This document shows positions 18,981 to 34,100 of a DNA stretch of 64,000 bases, one piece after another. This DNA comes from Phoronis australis (Eukaryota; Animalia; Phoronida). The notes beneath the pieces were generated by a model. That model had not been told where the DNA came from. It ran no database searches and saw only the letters and a list, made by a program, of their open reading frames with translations. Made by a program: the position numbers and the translations under genes. The stretch's first letter is position 1, and each line of letters starts with the position of its first letter. The stretch lies in the NCBI GenBank assembly GCA_002633005.1, contig NMRA01000275.1, positions 472,893 through 536,892 of the forward strand, read 5' to 3'.

Positions 18981-19159
18981 CGGGAGACAGAATTCTCCGG
19001 CTGACCAAAATATTGTTCGATTACGAACAACAGCTAACGCTCAAACTCACTTAATAAGTGGTCGGAGGGAAAATGAAGTATTTCATGTACAATTCCACAT
19101 CATCGATGTCATTTTCATGCTTTTATCGCTCGTCACATTCGTCGCAGATCTACTCACTG
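18973..19159 (+). CDS. XKR exon 1
   Basis: aagATGG start; ...LSLVTFVADLLT(D)|GTaagt. Confidence 0.85.
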
Positions 19160-22100
19160 GTAAGTTCACAATTTACGTTGTGCAGTGCAGTGAGTTTTGT
19201 TTGCTCTTTTGGGTAAGACACCTGTTGCGTGTTAAGTTTACTCTAATAGTTCAGTCTTTACCAATTTTCCCAAATGTTGACGTTTCACTGTCAAAGTTTT
19301 AATACTCCTCTTGTGGCCTCTCTGTTTAGTATGTTGGTACCAATTTTACAATATCTAACTGTCCCCAGGCGCTTTTTAACCGGCAGTGTTACTTAATTAT
19401 TTACAGTACACTGAGTTACACTACAGATTGTACAAAGCTGTGAAGTTTCAGTTATATTTTTATCTTGTGACACCAATCAATCATAGTGGGCTCTTTTTGC
19501 TTAATATTCTGTGTTTGTTATTGTTAGGATTCTTAGCTCTAGGAGTTGACAGCTTAGCCAGGCTGAAATGTATTGTGGCTGTCTTTATACATGCTCACCA
19601 AGGGTTGTTATTTTTTTAGTGGGTACCACTGTTGTAGTTGCTGATTATGTAAACATTCCACCATTATTGTTTGGATAGAAATTCCTTGATCACTGCAGCG
19701 ATTAGTGCCCTACTAGTAGCTGGACGTAAGGTCAGTCCTGTAAATAACGGGACTTTGTTCAAAAGTACGTGAATGATGTTGCAAAAGTTTTAGTTTTGAC
19801 AGCAAACTGTTATTAATGAAATAAAACTGCCTAAAGCTACATTTTGGTGGCCAAAAATATGAAGATAAAATTAAGCCTTTTACTCTCATGAAGTCGTTAT
19901 ACATTCTCTGTGACACTAAGTTGATAACATAAATGGGAATCCTATCACGGTAAACAATATTATATAGAGTCAATTAATGGCACAGCTCAGTTTTCGTATG
20001 TTAGCCATTGAACAGGACGAAATGCTACTTTAACTAATGTCAGTTATGCTTTATCATACTTCAATGTATTAAGATAAGCAATTTACTGATTTTTTCAACT
20101 TCAGAATGATGACTCTTTGACAAGACTCTTGTATAGTTGCCATTCATGAAGTGAGATGAACAAAATGTCCTAAATTAGCACAGATCTCTCACAATATATT
20201 GCAGTCCCTGGAGCAATGCTTGTCCATCCTGTACTACGGTATTACGAATCAAAATCAGAGTGTTGAATTTTCTGTGCACTGAGCTTTCAGTCAACCTTAG
20301 CACTTACTGTGTAAGGCTCAAGCTTTTTTGTTATGCAATGTAAAGGTGCCCCCAGGATTTTTTGAGGATGCGCCTGTGTATGATGTCATTTTTGAATGGT
20401 TAACTATTTTTCAGTCAACCTTAATTTTATTTGTTGGGTAACTCTTTATAGAAAAGAACATACGGCTATAATCAATTGGTGATACTTGAGGCCAGGGGAG
20501 AGTATCATTTAATTTCAAATTTAGGTAATAGTTGGATAGGTGGGTTCCTGATTTCAAATTGATTAAAGAGCCATTCAGTGCAACTGAATAATGACATTAT
20601 TCAGTTGGAAGTAACTGGTTCCCAAATCAGGGACCCATGTTTCCGACTATTACCCTCTAATTTAGTCGATGAAACATTGCATATTTTGTAGAGTACCCCT
20701 TGAATCAAAGCTTTCTTCTCAAAGCAACCATATATTTTGCACCTGAGTATTCCCATATTTTTGACTGCCCCTTTTTATTCAGTCTTATTTGTGTTATTTG
20801 TAACCTACACTAGGCAGGTGCATTCCCATCTCCTGGTTCATTTAGCACGATGTTTGTCCTCTAATTATCCTGCTAGTGTCCAATTGCTATGTCCCCAGGA
20901 CACAAGTGGGCTGACACATAGAATTCTGATGATGTGAATAAATGGCTGAGAATTAATACCTGGATATTACAGATCTCATATTCTACAGAGATTATAAATT
21001 TCAATGACTGTCGTAAATTGTTATAGAGTATGTGTGACAAAAAATTTGGATCTACCCTCTGGGAACCAGGGATTTTGAAACCTACTTACACAGATAAAAC
21101 ATTCTTGGATCAGCGTCTTTTGATGTAAAAGCTTTTAATACAGAGATTTGGAGAGAAAATGCCATTCAATGCAGCATGTGATGGACATATTTCAAACTCC
21201 TTGTGTGTTCTTGGTCTGCCTTTTCTAACAAAGACCAGTGTCTTTTTATTATGTTCTGGGCATTATTTAAAGGAATTTTACTAGAGAGTTCATTGCAAGC
21301 TCAGTGAATTGTAATTTAAAGTAACTCTTGAATATATCCTTGAATGACAACAAGGCTCTTATTTTTTGTCCGTAAGATTATTTGAGTTTCATAAAATAAT
21401 TATAGTACAATCTCACCAATTTACAGTTTGATGTTCACAATATAAGAGATATGTGAACTTAGCCCAAGACAAATTATTTGATTAAAGAGCATAATTTGCT
21501 ACAAAATGCTTCAACATGTTTTGTATTTTCTAGCATCATACATCTGGACTTTGCATTTTCGTGTTCTGATTTGCTGAATTTGAATTACAAAATGTATTTT
21601 TGATATCTTGTACTGCAGAATTCCTCCGGGTTAGTGCCCAGGGGACTTAAATTGGGAAACTCAAAACATCTGGTGCTTAATGACAAGTTGCCGTTAAGCC
21701 AACAACGAACATTTGAAAGCAGAATTTTTAGAGTCAGGGGCAAGCGTTTACGGAACCGAACGATTCAAGAAACGCGCAAGCTACATTTTCGTTGGAATTG
21801 AGGGAAAAAGTCAAATGAAACGTAGAAGAGTGCACAATCTGCAGTGTGTCTTGAAGAAAATGTGTTGAGTTTCATGTGTTGTAGGAGAAACACTCACTTC
21901 AGATCAGTGTTTACAAAGACTTACGCTCTCTTCTCATATAGATTGGGGATGGGCTGTAGCCAAGCGTGGGTGTTTAAAAGTGAAATTTTATAACTTTCTT
22001 TGGTGGGTGGTCATCCGAATGAGTATGTTATGTTGCAAAGAGTTGTTTCAAGGTGAATCTTAGGTTTTGAATTGTTTTTCAGATGTCTATTTCCTGTTGC

Positions 22101-25100
22101 TTGAAATGGAAACCCATTCAGCACAACTCTTTAGCCCATTCTTTCTCTTAATGTGGTTAGGTCACTACACAGATTATGTTTTATCAATGGTTTTATCCAA
22201 GTGGAAGGCCAACATCCTGTGGAATGCATTATTGTGGTCAGGCTGGGGATTGGAGGACTCAGTGCAGTGTTTTCTTTTTTGCTGGTAAAAAGTCTCAACA
22301 GTACAGACGTATTTTTGTTTCTGAATGTCTTTACCCTCTGGGTGAAGGTGCTATGAAGTAAACGGGACTGTTAACATTAGCTTCATCGGTTGACTGGCAT
22401 CAAAATTTCCAAGCTAGAATACATTCCCATGGTATCAACACTCCCCTGCTCCCTAATTGAAATTTGAGGAAGGATAATGTGGAAGGCTGCTTGAAAATAT
22501 TCCCATTTTAACCATTTCCTGTACAGGTCAGGTGGCCTGCTGAAATCTCATTGCTAAAAAACTGAACTGGTCCTATAATCATCCTGCTGAGTACATGCTC
22601 ATAAACAATAGGACAGTCTGAGATAGAAATCTCCTTTGTCCTGGCCTCGTTTTACAAATGTTGGGATGATGCTAGGAATCAAATCGGAAAATAGCTTATC
22701 CATGGATACGTCTCAAGTATGTTGAATTTTCTGCCGTCATAGTTGTACAACACAGCAGTATAACTCTGTTGGATTTGGAAGGTCGAATACAGTTAATGGA
22801 TCCGAGAAACCTTGAAAAAAGCGAGGCACCGACAAATGAAATGAGAAATTTCTGTGGCTCGAAAACGAGGCTGCAGAACTGCAACATTGTGGGTAAATAA
22901 CGCATACTGCAAGTGTCACTACAAGTGTCACTACATAATCCGGAACCACCCAACTGTTTGATTGGTTGATGGTTGTGTAGCGTCAGATTTTATGTTACCA
23001 AATATACATGTGTTATAAGTCCATTGCTAGTATTTGAAGCTGCTGCTATTTCCAGAATTAGGCAAACACGCAAGTATCTGAAACACTAAATAGTAAAACC
23101 TTTGAGCAAAATTTTAAAACATGCGAATGTAGGAAGCTTGAATTCTCTGTTACAGTGGAACGCGTTAACATGTAGGTAATTTAATACATAACGAAAATAC
23201 CAAGCTTGGATTAAACGTGCACGGAAAAGCACCCAGTTTAAAAGCTATCCACATGTAAGTGTGGCCAGAATATGTGGGAACGCTTCTGTTGAAAATTCTT
23301 CAGTTTGGGACACAATGTGGTGGACAGCTGAAGTTTCGTGTTGTCGAATTTCTCAACCAACTTAAGTTTTCAGGGAAATCTACTTTGCTTTTAGCATGCT
23401 TTGTACGATGTTGCTGTTCAAACAGTATTTGATAAAAATTTCAACATCTGCAACAATGTGGTAACTCTCTTATGGAAATATGGCAATTTCACCTACTTTT
23501 TTGCCTCAATGTGAATTTTTTTATACTGTATTTCATGTACAGACGCAGTGGGCAAAATTCCCATGAGCCGCATGAAATGCTGTGTAATACTCCCTAAACT
23601 AAGAAACAGGATATTTAACCCCAATCATAATCACTGTTGGTGCAGCTCATTGTTTGTGTTGTGTACATGATTTCCTGGCAAATATTTCTACAAGGAGGAC
23701 AATAAACAGTTTAGTAGCAGTACTGTATGTAGTTATGTTTTGTCTATGATTTCTGGCTTCCGAGCCATGTCACATGACACGTCTCTGTTTTCAAACAATC
23801 TGTCCTTGTCCCATTTATTTTTTGTAGTTAAGTGACCATCAATCAATCATAACTATTTTTAAGTAGAGATAAATGCCAATGGCTATAAGTTTTCACCAAA
23901 AGATGTTTTTAATCTCTGATCTCCACTGCTTTTATGGTTCATCCCTAAATAGATTGCAAGGTCTGTTCATTGGATTGTTGTGCTTTCTGGAGTCAGATGT
24001 ATTTCTCACATATATACCACACTGGAAAGGTGCCAGACGTCTTTGTCATATTTTGATAACACACAAGCTTACTTTGTTCATTGATCACATGCTGAATAGG
24101 TGAGACATTCTTGCTTGTCAGAAATGACTGCATCTCAGCAATACCTGGGGTGCCTTATCTAGACGCTCACACACAATCATATCACATCTAAAAGATCAGT
24201 AACAAAGTGATGAGACTAAAAGATGAGTGTTTTATGTGTATGCTCATGACCAAACTTGCATACATTAGTAAACTGGCACCCCACTGAGGCTGACGATGCT
24301 GAAATGTTGAATTATGGGATGGAATTATCTTTTTGTGTTCTATAAGCGAAGTTTTCTCACATCAAGTGCCTCGGAAGTGTCTTGTGTTTATGGACCATGG
24401 CCAAGATGGTGGAGTACTGCTCCTGCACTCACTAAATGATTTTTAGCTCAAGAAGAACAAAAGTTGCTTGGGCAAAATATATTACTTAGGGCTGACGGAA
24501 AGTTAATGTGGAAAAGGGGACATTTTCTTTTGATTCATATTTAAGTTTTGTCTTTTTGTTATTGGAAAGACTTGTTACTGCACACGACATCTTTGGTGAA
24601 TATTGTCACCAGTGTTTAACCGCGATTATTTTTTAACATGTTCGAGAGTAAAGTTTTCCCTACACCTCCAATGGAACCCCTTTCCAAAATTTTTGAGGTT
24701 CATTTTAGTTTCATGGAGTCCAGAAATCTTAGCGCTATGTGACAGAGTGCTGTGCAAAAGCATTCAGACAAAACCACCACCTGGATGGACAGATGCGGAA
24801 TTTACCGTCAGAGCAGTCTTTCCTCATGACCGAGAATAAAAAGCAATTAACAGAAAGTTTGTTAGGTGGCTAAGCCATTTTGTAATAAGAATTTTTTGTC
24901 GCCCTTACTAGTTATTACTAGTCATTTTTCTGTTAACAGACTCAGACATGATCATCCTGATGGGGAAAACAGCATTTTGTTTGATTACTTTTGTCTTGAT
25001 CTGTATATTGGAAATATCAGGTGAATCTGGTGGTTCTTTCATCAATGGAAAAATGGGAAGATAAACAAAAGTGATAGTTTTTATTTCTGACAAATTCTTA

Positions 25101-28100
25101 AAGTTGCGTCAACGTATTGCACCCGTAAACTTCACAAGCTCAATTGCGTCAGTGACTCAAAATTGCAGCCTCGGGCTAATACTGCTTCAACCCAGGTTAG
25201 TTGCAGTAGCTACCTAGCTATTGACATTTCAGTGAAATTTTATACCTCTGCATGTATTGCATTTCGTGGGAATGTATGAAAGGTATTTTCTTATTTATTG
25301 ATAGCTAGATTAAAAAGTAGACAACTGTATTCTTTGTTTGTACTGTATAAGTTGGCTTCACGTTATGAGCATACCTCCGCAGAATTCAGTGGCTTGGTGA
25401 TTAATGTCCATTTTTTGGCACACCATCATTTTAAGTTGATGCCGCAGATGTGAGGTACATGTACAGATGATTAGTTTTGAGAAACCTGATGCTTGGTACC
25501 TACACTGAATGTTTAAAAATGCATTTCATTTTAAGGCTACTGTTCGTGATCCCAATGTGAAATCTGTTACAAGCAATCAATTGTTTTACGGTACATTCCA
25601 AAGCAGATCTCTTCATGTGTTAGCGGTGATGTTTTGGTGTGGACTATGTTAAGAGGTATCAAAACCAGGGGGTATCAACAATTGGTCGGACTTCAAAACC
25701 AGCTGGCTGGACTGCGAAATCCAATGGCCGGTGTCCTAACTTGGTGGTCAGATCTCAAAGCAGGTTAGCCGGTACCACAAAACCAGATGGCCGCACCAAA
25801 AAATGGACCTAAAATGGGTTGGCTGGTGTTCAAACCCAGTGGCTGAAGAAATCGCTGATTTTGAACAAAACAAACGGTACCGGTACGAAAAATAAACACT
25901 TGAAGTTACTTGAATCCTTCATATTATTCAATGTGAGCGTCTGAGGAAGTCCGGCTGTCGTGTTTGATCACTGGCCAACTGGTTATAGCACCGGCCATCG
26001 TGGATCCAGCCAACTACGGTAAAGTCGCGTGATTTTCGGACGGCCCGCCATTTTCGACCAAGAATAAATATTTCCGAAATGAGTTTTTCATAGTCCACGA
26101 AATTCGTACAAGGTCCAAAAACTGTTTTTAATGATCTTCGAACTTCGGACAATGTCATAAACGTCGGATTTTTGCCCCGCGACTTTCGGACAAGGAAAAT
26201 TTTAGAAACGCTAATTTGGGATCGACGCAACTCCCGTGTCACTAAAGCGTTCAACGGATGATTACTACTCTATAAGGCTTGAATCTGAGAATTGGTGTAA
26301 CGGGCTTTGTAATTTTTACCTTGTCTTGACGATGTCATGACCGTTACTCGATTGTCTTGCGTTTAGCTTGTGTTTGGCGCTTTAGCTATGNTAATTAATT
26401 TTGAAAGACCAATTGTTGATTCCCTCCCTATGAATACTTAACCTTCCTTAAAGGCTAGGTGGGTAGTGGTATTCAGTTCAACATGTCAATCACACGATAG
26501 TTAATAACTTCCAGTTTACAGATCGATATCACAGCATTGGAGCCATAGAATATTTGAACATGGAAGCAACTGAGTGATACTGTTGAGAACTGAAAATAAA
26601 ATTGCTTGTCAGGTTGTATTTTCGCAAATGAATTCTTAGAAAATGTTAAGTTAGATTTTTTTGTCTTGATGTACTGCTGTTGATTGCCAGTAAAACTGGG
26701 ATTATCAAAATGCTATTAAGGCTAACAATGCTAGTTATTGAATGGTTCTATACTATAAACAAATGTGTATTGATTAAGGAATGGTGTTTGTTTTGCTATC
26801 AGTATGTAATATTTGTTCATCCCAGTGATTGATCACTGGTCCAATATCCCACATACTTTCTTAACCCATCCTTTGCCCATGCATTATCCATGACTAAGCA
26901 ATGGGTGAAATGCAAAACTTTTGTGTAAACAAAAGAACCAAATTAATCACATTCTTGCAGCCTTAAGTATCTCCTTTTTATGGGTAGTTGTGAATGTAGG
27001 TGTTCTTAATTCAGTAGTTCCATAGCATGCGGAATATCACCGATATAAAGTGCCATTTGTTTTTGTTATGGAGTAGTTTTGAGTGGATAATTGTTTGAAT
27101 TATATAATGGCATACCTTTTTCTCGATTGAACCAATTGCTACTTTAAAGAGCGCTTCCCACGAGGTCACATAACTCTACTAGAGAGGCACCTTGATATAA
27201 TCTGCGAAGTTAAAACAATTCCTACAAATCAAAAGATATTTTGTACTTAAATTCTTCTCATATTAGTGGTATAACTTGATGGGAAGGTTTAATATTTTTA
27301 CTACTTGTGGTATCCTGATTATGAACAATTCTGAAAAAAGGAATTTTAAATACGCCCTGCTCAAGAGCCTCAAGTTACAACTTTCAAAAAAATTTCTAAA
27401 AGGGTAATCCCCACCCATCATTTTTCCATCTATGGCCAAGTGTCCTGCAGCTTACTTGACCGTAACTGGTGGACAAAATGTCTCGTTGGTCATTACTGTT
27501 GGCTCGTGTAAATATGAAGTTACTTTAAAATCTCGCTGATTTCCGAAAAAAATGTTTCCCAATGTTAAACTTTTTTCAATTTTCAAAGTCTTTTAATATT
27601 GTTGTGATTTCCTACAATTGAAAAGACTGATTACCTTGTTGCAGTGAACTTTCCAAGTGCTGTTTTATGGTGTCTACCATACACAGTACAGCCCTTGCTA
27701 GTGATCAACTAAAAAAATTTAATATTTATTTCTATGGAGAAATTTGATAAAATAGAATTTCAGTGGTTGGCTGCGTGTGTGCTAAACAGGTGAAGAATTG
27801 TGGTACTTAAGTATAGACAGAAATAATAAGTGTGTAAGTAGAGTAATAAGTGTATCTATAAAGATATGCTCTAATCAAGCAGGTAAAAAGCCCATCAATA
27901 GAGATAAAAACTGTCAAAGAGTTAGGACTATAGAAAAAATAACCTCTTGCTGACTTTCTACAGTCCCCCTGAATCCAACCCTGTTGCAGTGTTGCCAGTG
28001 CAAGAAGTTTTGCAAGGATATTGCAGCACTATATGGGAGTACTGTATGTGGCTGTAACCCTGTCTCATTAGGGCCTTTCATACTAACGTCGATGGTTTGG

Positions 28101-31100
28101 GGAGTCGCGGTCAGTATGAACGCTTAACTCCGGTCCTGGATCGCAGTTAACAGTTCCAGTTAACATCGCAGTTAATAGGTGGATTTAATAGCGCAGCGTC
28201 AACGCTGCGGTGCAGTATGAATGGTTAACTTCAGTCCAATCGAAGTTATCGCCAGGTGCCAATGTTATCGTCAACAGTGACAGTGTAGTGGGGTCACTAA
28301 TAGCTACTTACATTTTGCTGTAACATTAACCAATGAATTTAAAAATAAGTTTAATGTCAATTAGCACATGTAAATGTTCCCAAATTGTCACATTGAAAAA
28401 AATCTTAGCGTGCAGTGCTACCTTGCAATAACTTTGATGACGACAGCGTCACAGCAACCGTTTACTTCGATGTTCATTAACTACCGAAGCCAGTATGAAT
28501 GGTCCAGTTAACTGCGCTGTTTATGTCATCGCTTCTCTCAGACCAGAGTTAAGTCAATATGAAAGGGCCTATTGATACATTGTCTAATTAATTAGAATTA
28601 GTTTCAATTTGTGAAGTGTAACTGCCCAAGGTGGGGAAGTGTTGACATCCTATGAAATCCAACACAAGACTCATAAGAGGAACATGATCTGTCTCTCATC
28701 CTGAAACTACTGTACTGTAATCAGGTCTAGACATTCAACCTCAGTTCATGCATCAAATGGTATTTATATTTTAACACATTTTGCATGTGGTTGGTCACTG
28801 ATATCATTTTCTAGCCTTGTCAGAGTGTTAAGTGAGTAAAGTGACCCAAAAGTCTGTGTTGCACCTGATATTATGTTCATTTAGTCTTGGCATTTTAGTT
28901 TGTTATGCTGTTGTTCTATCCTGGATCTGTGATCACAGTTTGAAAATAGGTATGGGGATGAGGGTTTGCAAGACCTACCTGTGTCCCATTTTATGAATGA
29001 AATAGATACAAAAGTGTTATCATTTACTGTAGGTGATGATAGGGATGGGATGAGGTTTGCCAAAGCCACTTGAAAGAGATGCGCAATGTTAAAAAAGTGG
29101 TATCATTTGCTGCAGTTGTTGAACAGTTGTGAGGAATTCTTTGGGACACTGAACGTGTGACCATTTCCTATTCATATTGACAAACTAACCAATGGTCACT
29201 GAGAAGCCGTAATCTGCGGGTTCGGGATCACTAAGTTTACTAGAGACTCGATGTCAAAATTGTTTACGGTCAAATCACGGGAAATTTAAGTTTCCTCAAA
29301 GTGTGCCGTGGGCCTAGGTCACAGTCAACATTGGTCCAAGCCTTATTCCATAAAGTCTAAATGAGTTCTTAGTTCTTCACACTGCAGTGCTATTTAGCCA
29401 CGACTTTACTGATTTCAGTTTTAACTGTCAAAGCTAATGGGAAGGGTCAGGTTAGCTGTAGTTCATGCTGACTGGCCTTTACAATTGGAGTACGTATGGT
29501 CAACTTATTTGCACAGAATTGCCATTTTTCAGTTTATAAATGCTCACTACCATGGTGCAAATAAGAGTTTTTTATGTGACATCTACACAGTCCAAACCAT
29601 CCTAGTAATGGAACGAAATGTTTGTAATATTTATTTTTCTAAAAACATGTGATGAAATAAATTTCACTTGTTGATCATATTGTGTTCTAAATAGGTGAAG
29701 GATTACTGTAAGCTACTTAATAGGAATATGTCTTTGGATTAATTATGGAAGAAAATTAGGCCTATCATCATCATGAAACATGTCCTGTGTGTCTAAAGTT
29801 AGAAAGACTATAACGGGAAATTTGATTAATTAGTCATTCAATAATTTACCAAGTTTTACTGTTGCAACACTTTTCTGAATTGCTCATTTATGTAAGTGTT
29901 CAAATTAATAACCAATAATAGCCTCATCCCCAAATATGGCAGTGTTCTCTCTTCAGCGATATTTACCCACAGTGCTGGCATTCATAGATCACCTGTCCCA
30001 TAGTTTTACACTGAATACTACTAATCACTATTTTGTATTGACATTATTTTTCCATTTATCATTCTGATGCCAAGATTTACCTGTTGCATAGGGAGTAGGA
30101 CTGCAGACATAAAAATTTTGAAAAGCCAAGTGAGGCTTGGTAGTGCGTTAGCGCCCCTGCATTTCGGGATTCTGGGTCAATCGTGTAGATTTTTCTACCT
30201 TATCAAAAGAGGAGAGTTAAGTTCACCTCATTACCTCCATATGCATACCAATTTGCCCAAGAGTGTACAATATGTGGCAAGTCAGATGTCATGTCTTCAC
30301 TGGCACATACAATCAGACACACTTCTTACAGATGCATGATCATAGAGGAGATGTTGTTTGTCAGAACACTTGGTCTTTTTTCAATCAATGAGCTTGTGCT
30401 ATGTCAAAAAGAATTGAATTGTGGCTCAGTTATTTGCCTGACATGATTTTGTTGAAATCTCTTTCTGAACTGTTTACATCCGTATAACAACACACACTCA
30501 TACAACCGTGTGATATGGCTTAAAACTTAATAACCTCTGCTTTTCAGATTGATCACAAACTGGTAGAGAACACAGCAACAGGTTCACTCATTGCTTATGA
30601 GCAAACACAAAAATGGATTTTTTATCTTGGTCTCACATTAACATCAGATTCTTTGCTTAAGATTTTGTGATAAACTGTCTCGGTTGTGTTTGGTGTGAAC
30701 CAGTATTAAGTGTTGCTCACATATCAACCATTGGTCAAAAGAAATCAAAACAGGTCAATTCTTCAGTCAGTTGATCAAATGCTTGATAGCAATTATTTCT
30801 GGGCTATAAATTTTTGTGGTTTGTTAGCCAGAGTGGTGTTTTATGTTAAGGGTGCTGGAGTAGATTTGTATGTTTGCTTATTGATGACTGGCTTGAAAGA
30901 ATTTGTGTGTCTTCTGTGGGCACTTTGATTGGCTTTTGCATGCTTTTCATATTTTGCTTGCAAGGTATAGTTCAATATAAGAAGGTCCTTCAGTTGTTGA
31001 TTGTTAACTGAAGGGAAGATCAAATGAAAACCTAATGCTTTGCAATGTTGTGCACCTTCACTGGGTTGCATCATAGGCTTTGTCATACAGGGGAAGTAAC

Positions 31101-34100
31101 CAGAGTTTTGTGCTCTGAAGCAGTTAAGATTGAAGATTTAGTGCCAAGTGTAAGTTGTGAGATACCAGCAGCAAATTACCTAAACTACACGGTTATTGGA
31201 CTCATAAACACGGCCCACGGATGCATGAACACGACTCACGGACCTGCAAACACCGTCCACTGACTCACAATCACGGGAACGGACTCACAAAAAACGATCG
31301 ATTCACCCAAATACATGGGACATGGACTCATATTCACGAGGAAACAGGGTTAACGGACTGCCAAACACGGGTCACGGACTCATCGACTTCCTGGGTCAGC
31401 TGACGTCTACAGTTTGTCGATAAACCGTGTTTGGCGGTCCGTTAATCATGTTTCTTCGTGAATGTGAGTCCGTGTCCCGTGTATTTGGGTGAATGGATCG
31501 TGTTTTGTGAGTCCGTTCCCGTGTTTGTGAGTCCGTGGACGGTGTTTGCAGGTCCGTGAGTTGTGTTCATGCGTCCGTGACCGTGTTTATGAGTCCGTTA
31601 ACCGTGTAGTTTAAGGTACCTTGAGCAGGGTGGTGTGTGTGCCTGTTTGTCTGCGTTCACCAGGGTCTGAATCATTAACCTGCCTATTCGGTGATTGACA
31701 AACTTCAGAAAGTTATTCATTGGTAGCATCAATGGAAGATTTACCTCTGCAAACTTGACATTTATTCCCGTTTTTGAAGTTTGCTATTTTATCCTTGATC
31801 TAATTAGTATTTTTGATTGGAGCATTTTATTGCGAAATTCTGTGCTCAAGACATGTATACCATGGTTACCTCTGGTGCTCTGTGAATGGCTTAAGGGTCT
31901 TTCGCATTATGGATTTTGTATGGTGGACTAACATTCTTTTTCAACCACAAGCATTTTAGACCCAATGCGAAACGTGATTTAGACCGATCTAAATTTGGTG
32001 TGGTACTTAAGTTAGTACGCTCAACAATACCGAACTGGTGAGCCTATTAAAGTTAGTCCGATTACATAAGCACATTGCGAAAGATTTGGTCCAGACTTAT
32101 CTCCCCACTTCACACAAGTGCGGAGTTAATTCTTCCGGCCATTTTGCACACTCTTGATGTTGTTGCTGTTTCAGTCTACTACAATTTTGTAGTTAAAACA
32201 TGTCTCAAAATAAGAATAGAAGTGGCAATTGGTCGTCGGATCCCTATTGCGGTGTAGTGTAGTGTAGTGTAGTGACATCTTGTGTTTAGTGCGATGAAGC
32301 TTTCAAGTTTGGATGGTGGAATGTTTGTCTGATCTATTGAGAAAAGTGACAATTTGGTAGGTAGGTTATCACACTGGTCTAAAATATGTTCCAATCGCAA
32401 ACTAGCCTGGACTAACTCCAATGCAAAAGCACACACACCAGCCATGACTGCACAAGTTTCATCCCTGCATAACATCTCTGCTTCCTGTGCCCATGATGTC
32501 TGCTACAAGTGGATAATAGTCTGTTGTAATGGCCAGTTTCCTATTATGGAGACCATGTGTGACCTTATATCTAGGTTACTTGGGGGTTTGCCTGGCAATA
32601 ATTGGTAACAAATGACAAGAAATGAACTTAGCAAATTTGCAAAGCAAACAGGTTGAGGTTTTGTTGGTGTAGTTATAAGGGCAAGTTTGTTGCTAAGAAA
32701 CATTTTAAATGTGAGAATTGAACTTGACATCATCTTTAGAAAACAGAATTTATTAAAACACTCATAATTTTGATTAGTACACTGTGGCGGGTGGTAAGCA
32801 TCCCAGAAATGGTTGTTAAGCCTTATCATGACAATCTTCAGAAATGGGTTGGTTTACCCTAACACATTCCATAACTGAATTTTCTCTATTGTGTTCCTGG
32901 GTTGAAACTAAGTGAAATAAAGCTACAGGGCAACATATTTGGGAAAGAGCTCTATAGACGCATTACACAGTATCCAGGGTCCAAAAATTAAGAGTTTAGA
33001 CTTCTTTGAAGATTTTTGTTATTGTTTTACTTCTGTTTCACTACATATGCTATTCATAGCAAAACAAAACATTCTTTCTCAACAAGCCATGTATTATTAA
33101 ATTCTCATCACAAAAATGTGATTGCCTTGGTTGATCAAATGGCATGACTGTGATTGTGGCACTAATGTATTCAAGACAATTTGAACAGTTGAGAACTATC
33201 TTCTGCTGCCTCCAAATGATAACCAGTTATTGACCATGACATGTGGTGGCCCTCTTATTAGCCATTTGCAACTCCCCTGTCAATCAAAACCCTAATTTAG
33301 TCCATGTGCGGTTTCATTATGGCAAAACGATAGTACAAAATAGTGTTCTGCTGGAGTAAATATTTTCTCATTTTTTCATAAAAGATAAGAAGTATCTAAT
33401 AAACGGTTAATCATTTTCTAGTTGTATATTACAGAAGTCATAATACAATATGTTAAGCAATGTTACAAGCTCTTCAAAATTGAAAAATGGGCAATTCAGT
33501 GAGATTTTACCTGTTAAATCATTCGATGATGGTGAAGTGGATGATGTTTTGGTCTCTTCCGTAACTCTTCTGTATTATTATGTGTTGTTAGTGATTTTGG
33601 ACTGTCAAAAATGATGAATGCTATGCCTTTAATTATTTTAAAATCAGATGTGGGATGGTAGTTTATGTTATATTGCCTTTTCCCCAATTACTTACAAAGT
33701 ACTGTTTCTATTTTCTTAGTGGAGAGACAGCTTAACTACTTGCATGATATGTGTGCTGGTTTATGTGCATCTGATATACTAGTGTTTATTTTTCTGGCTC
33801 ATTACTTCACAGGTACTCAACTTGTTGTAATGCTTTAGATAAGAACTTTGCATACCAGTATAACTTTTAACGACTGCTCCTTGTTGAAAAAGAACTTTTG
33901 AAAGTTCTGAGATATACTCAGTAATCGAGATCAGAGTATTTTGCAGAAAGAGCCCTACGAATTAGTTTTGCTAAACTTCAGGTGTTTTAATTTTTATGAT
34001 GTTGCAAAAAATGCAGTACCAGGTAACCTATTCATAGATATGAGGTGTCCATTGTTATAGAAACGGGAACATCTGCCAGATAATGTTTTTGCCAGTAGCT

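Noticed and set aside
31045-31403. His/Thr-rich ORFs (also 38542-39089)
   Set aside because: Derived from CACGGACTCA subrepeats of the palindromic MITE
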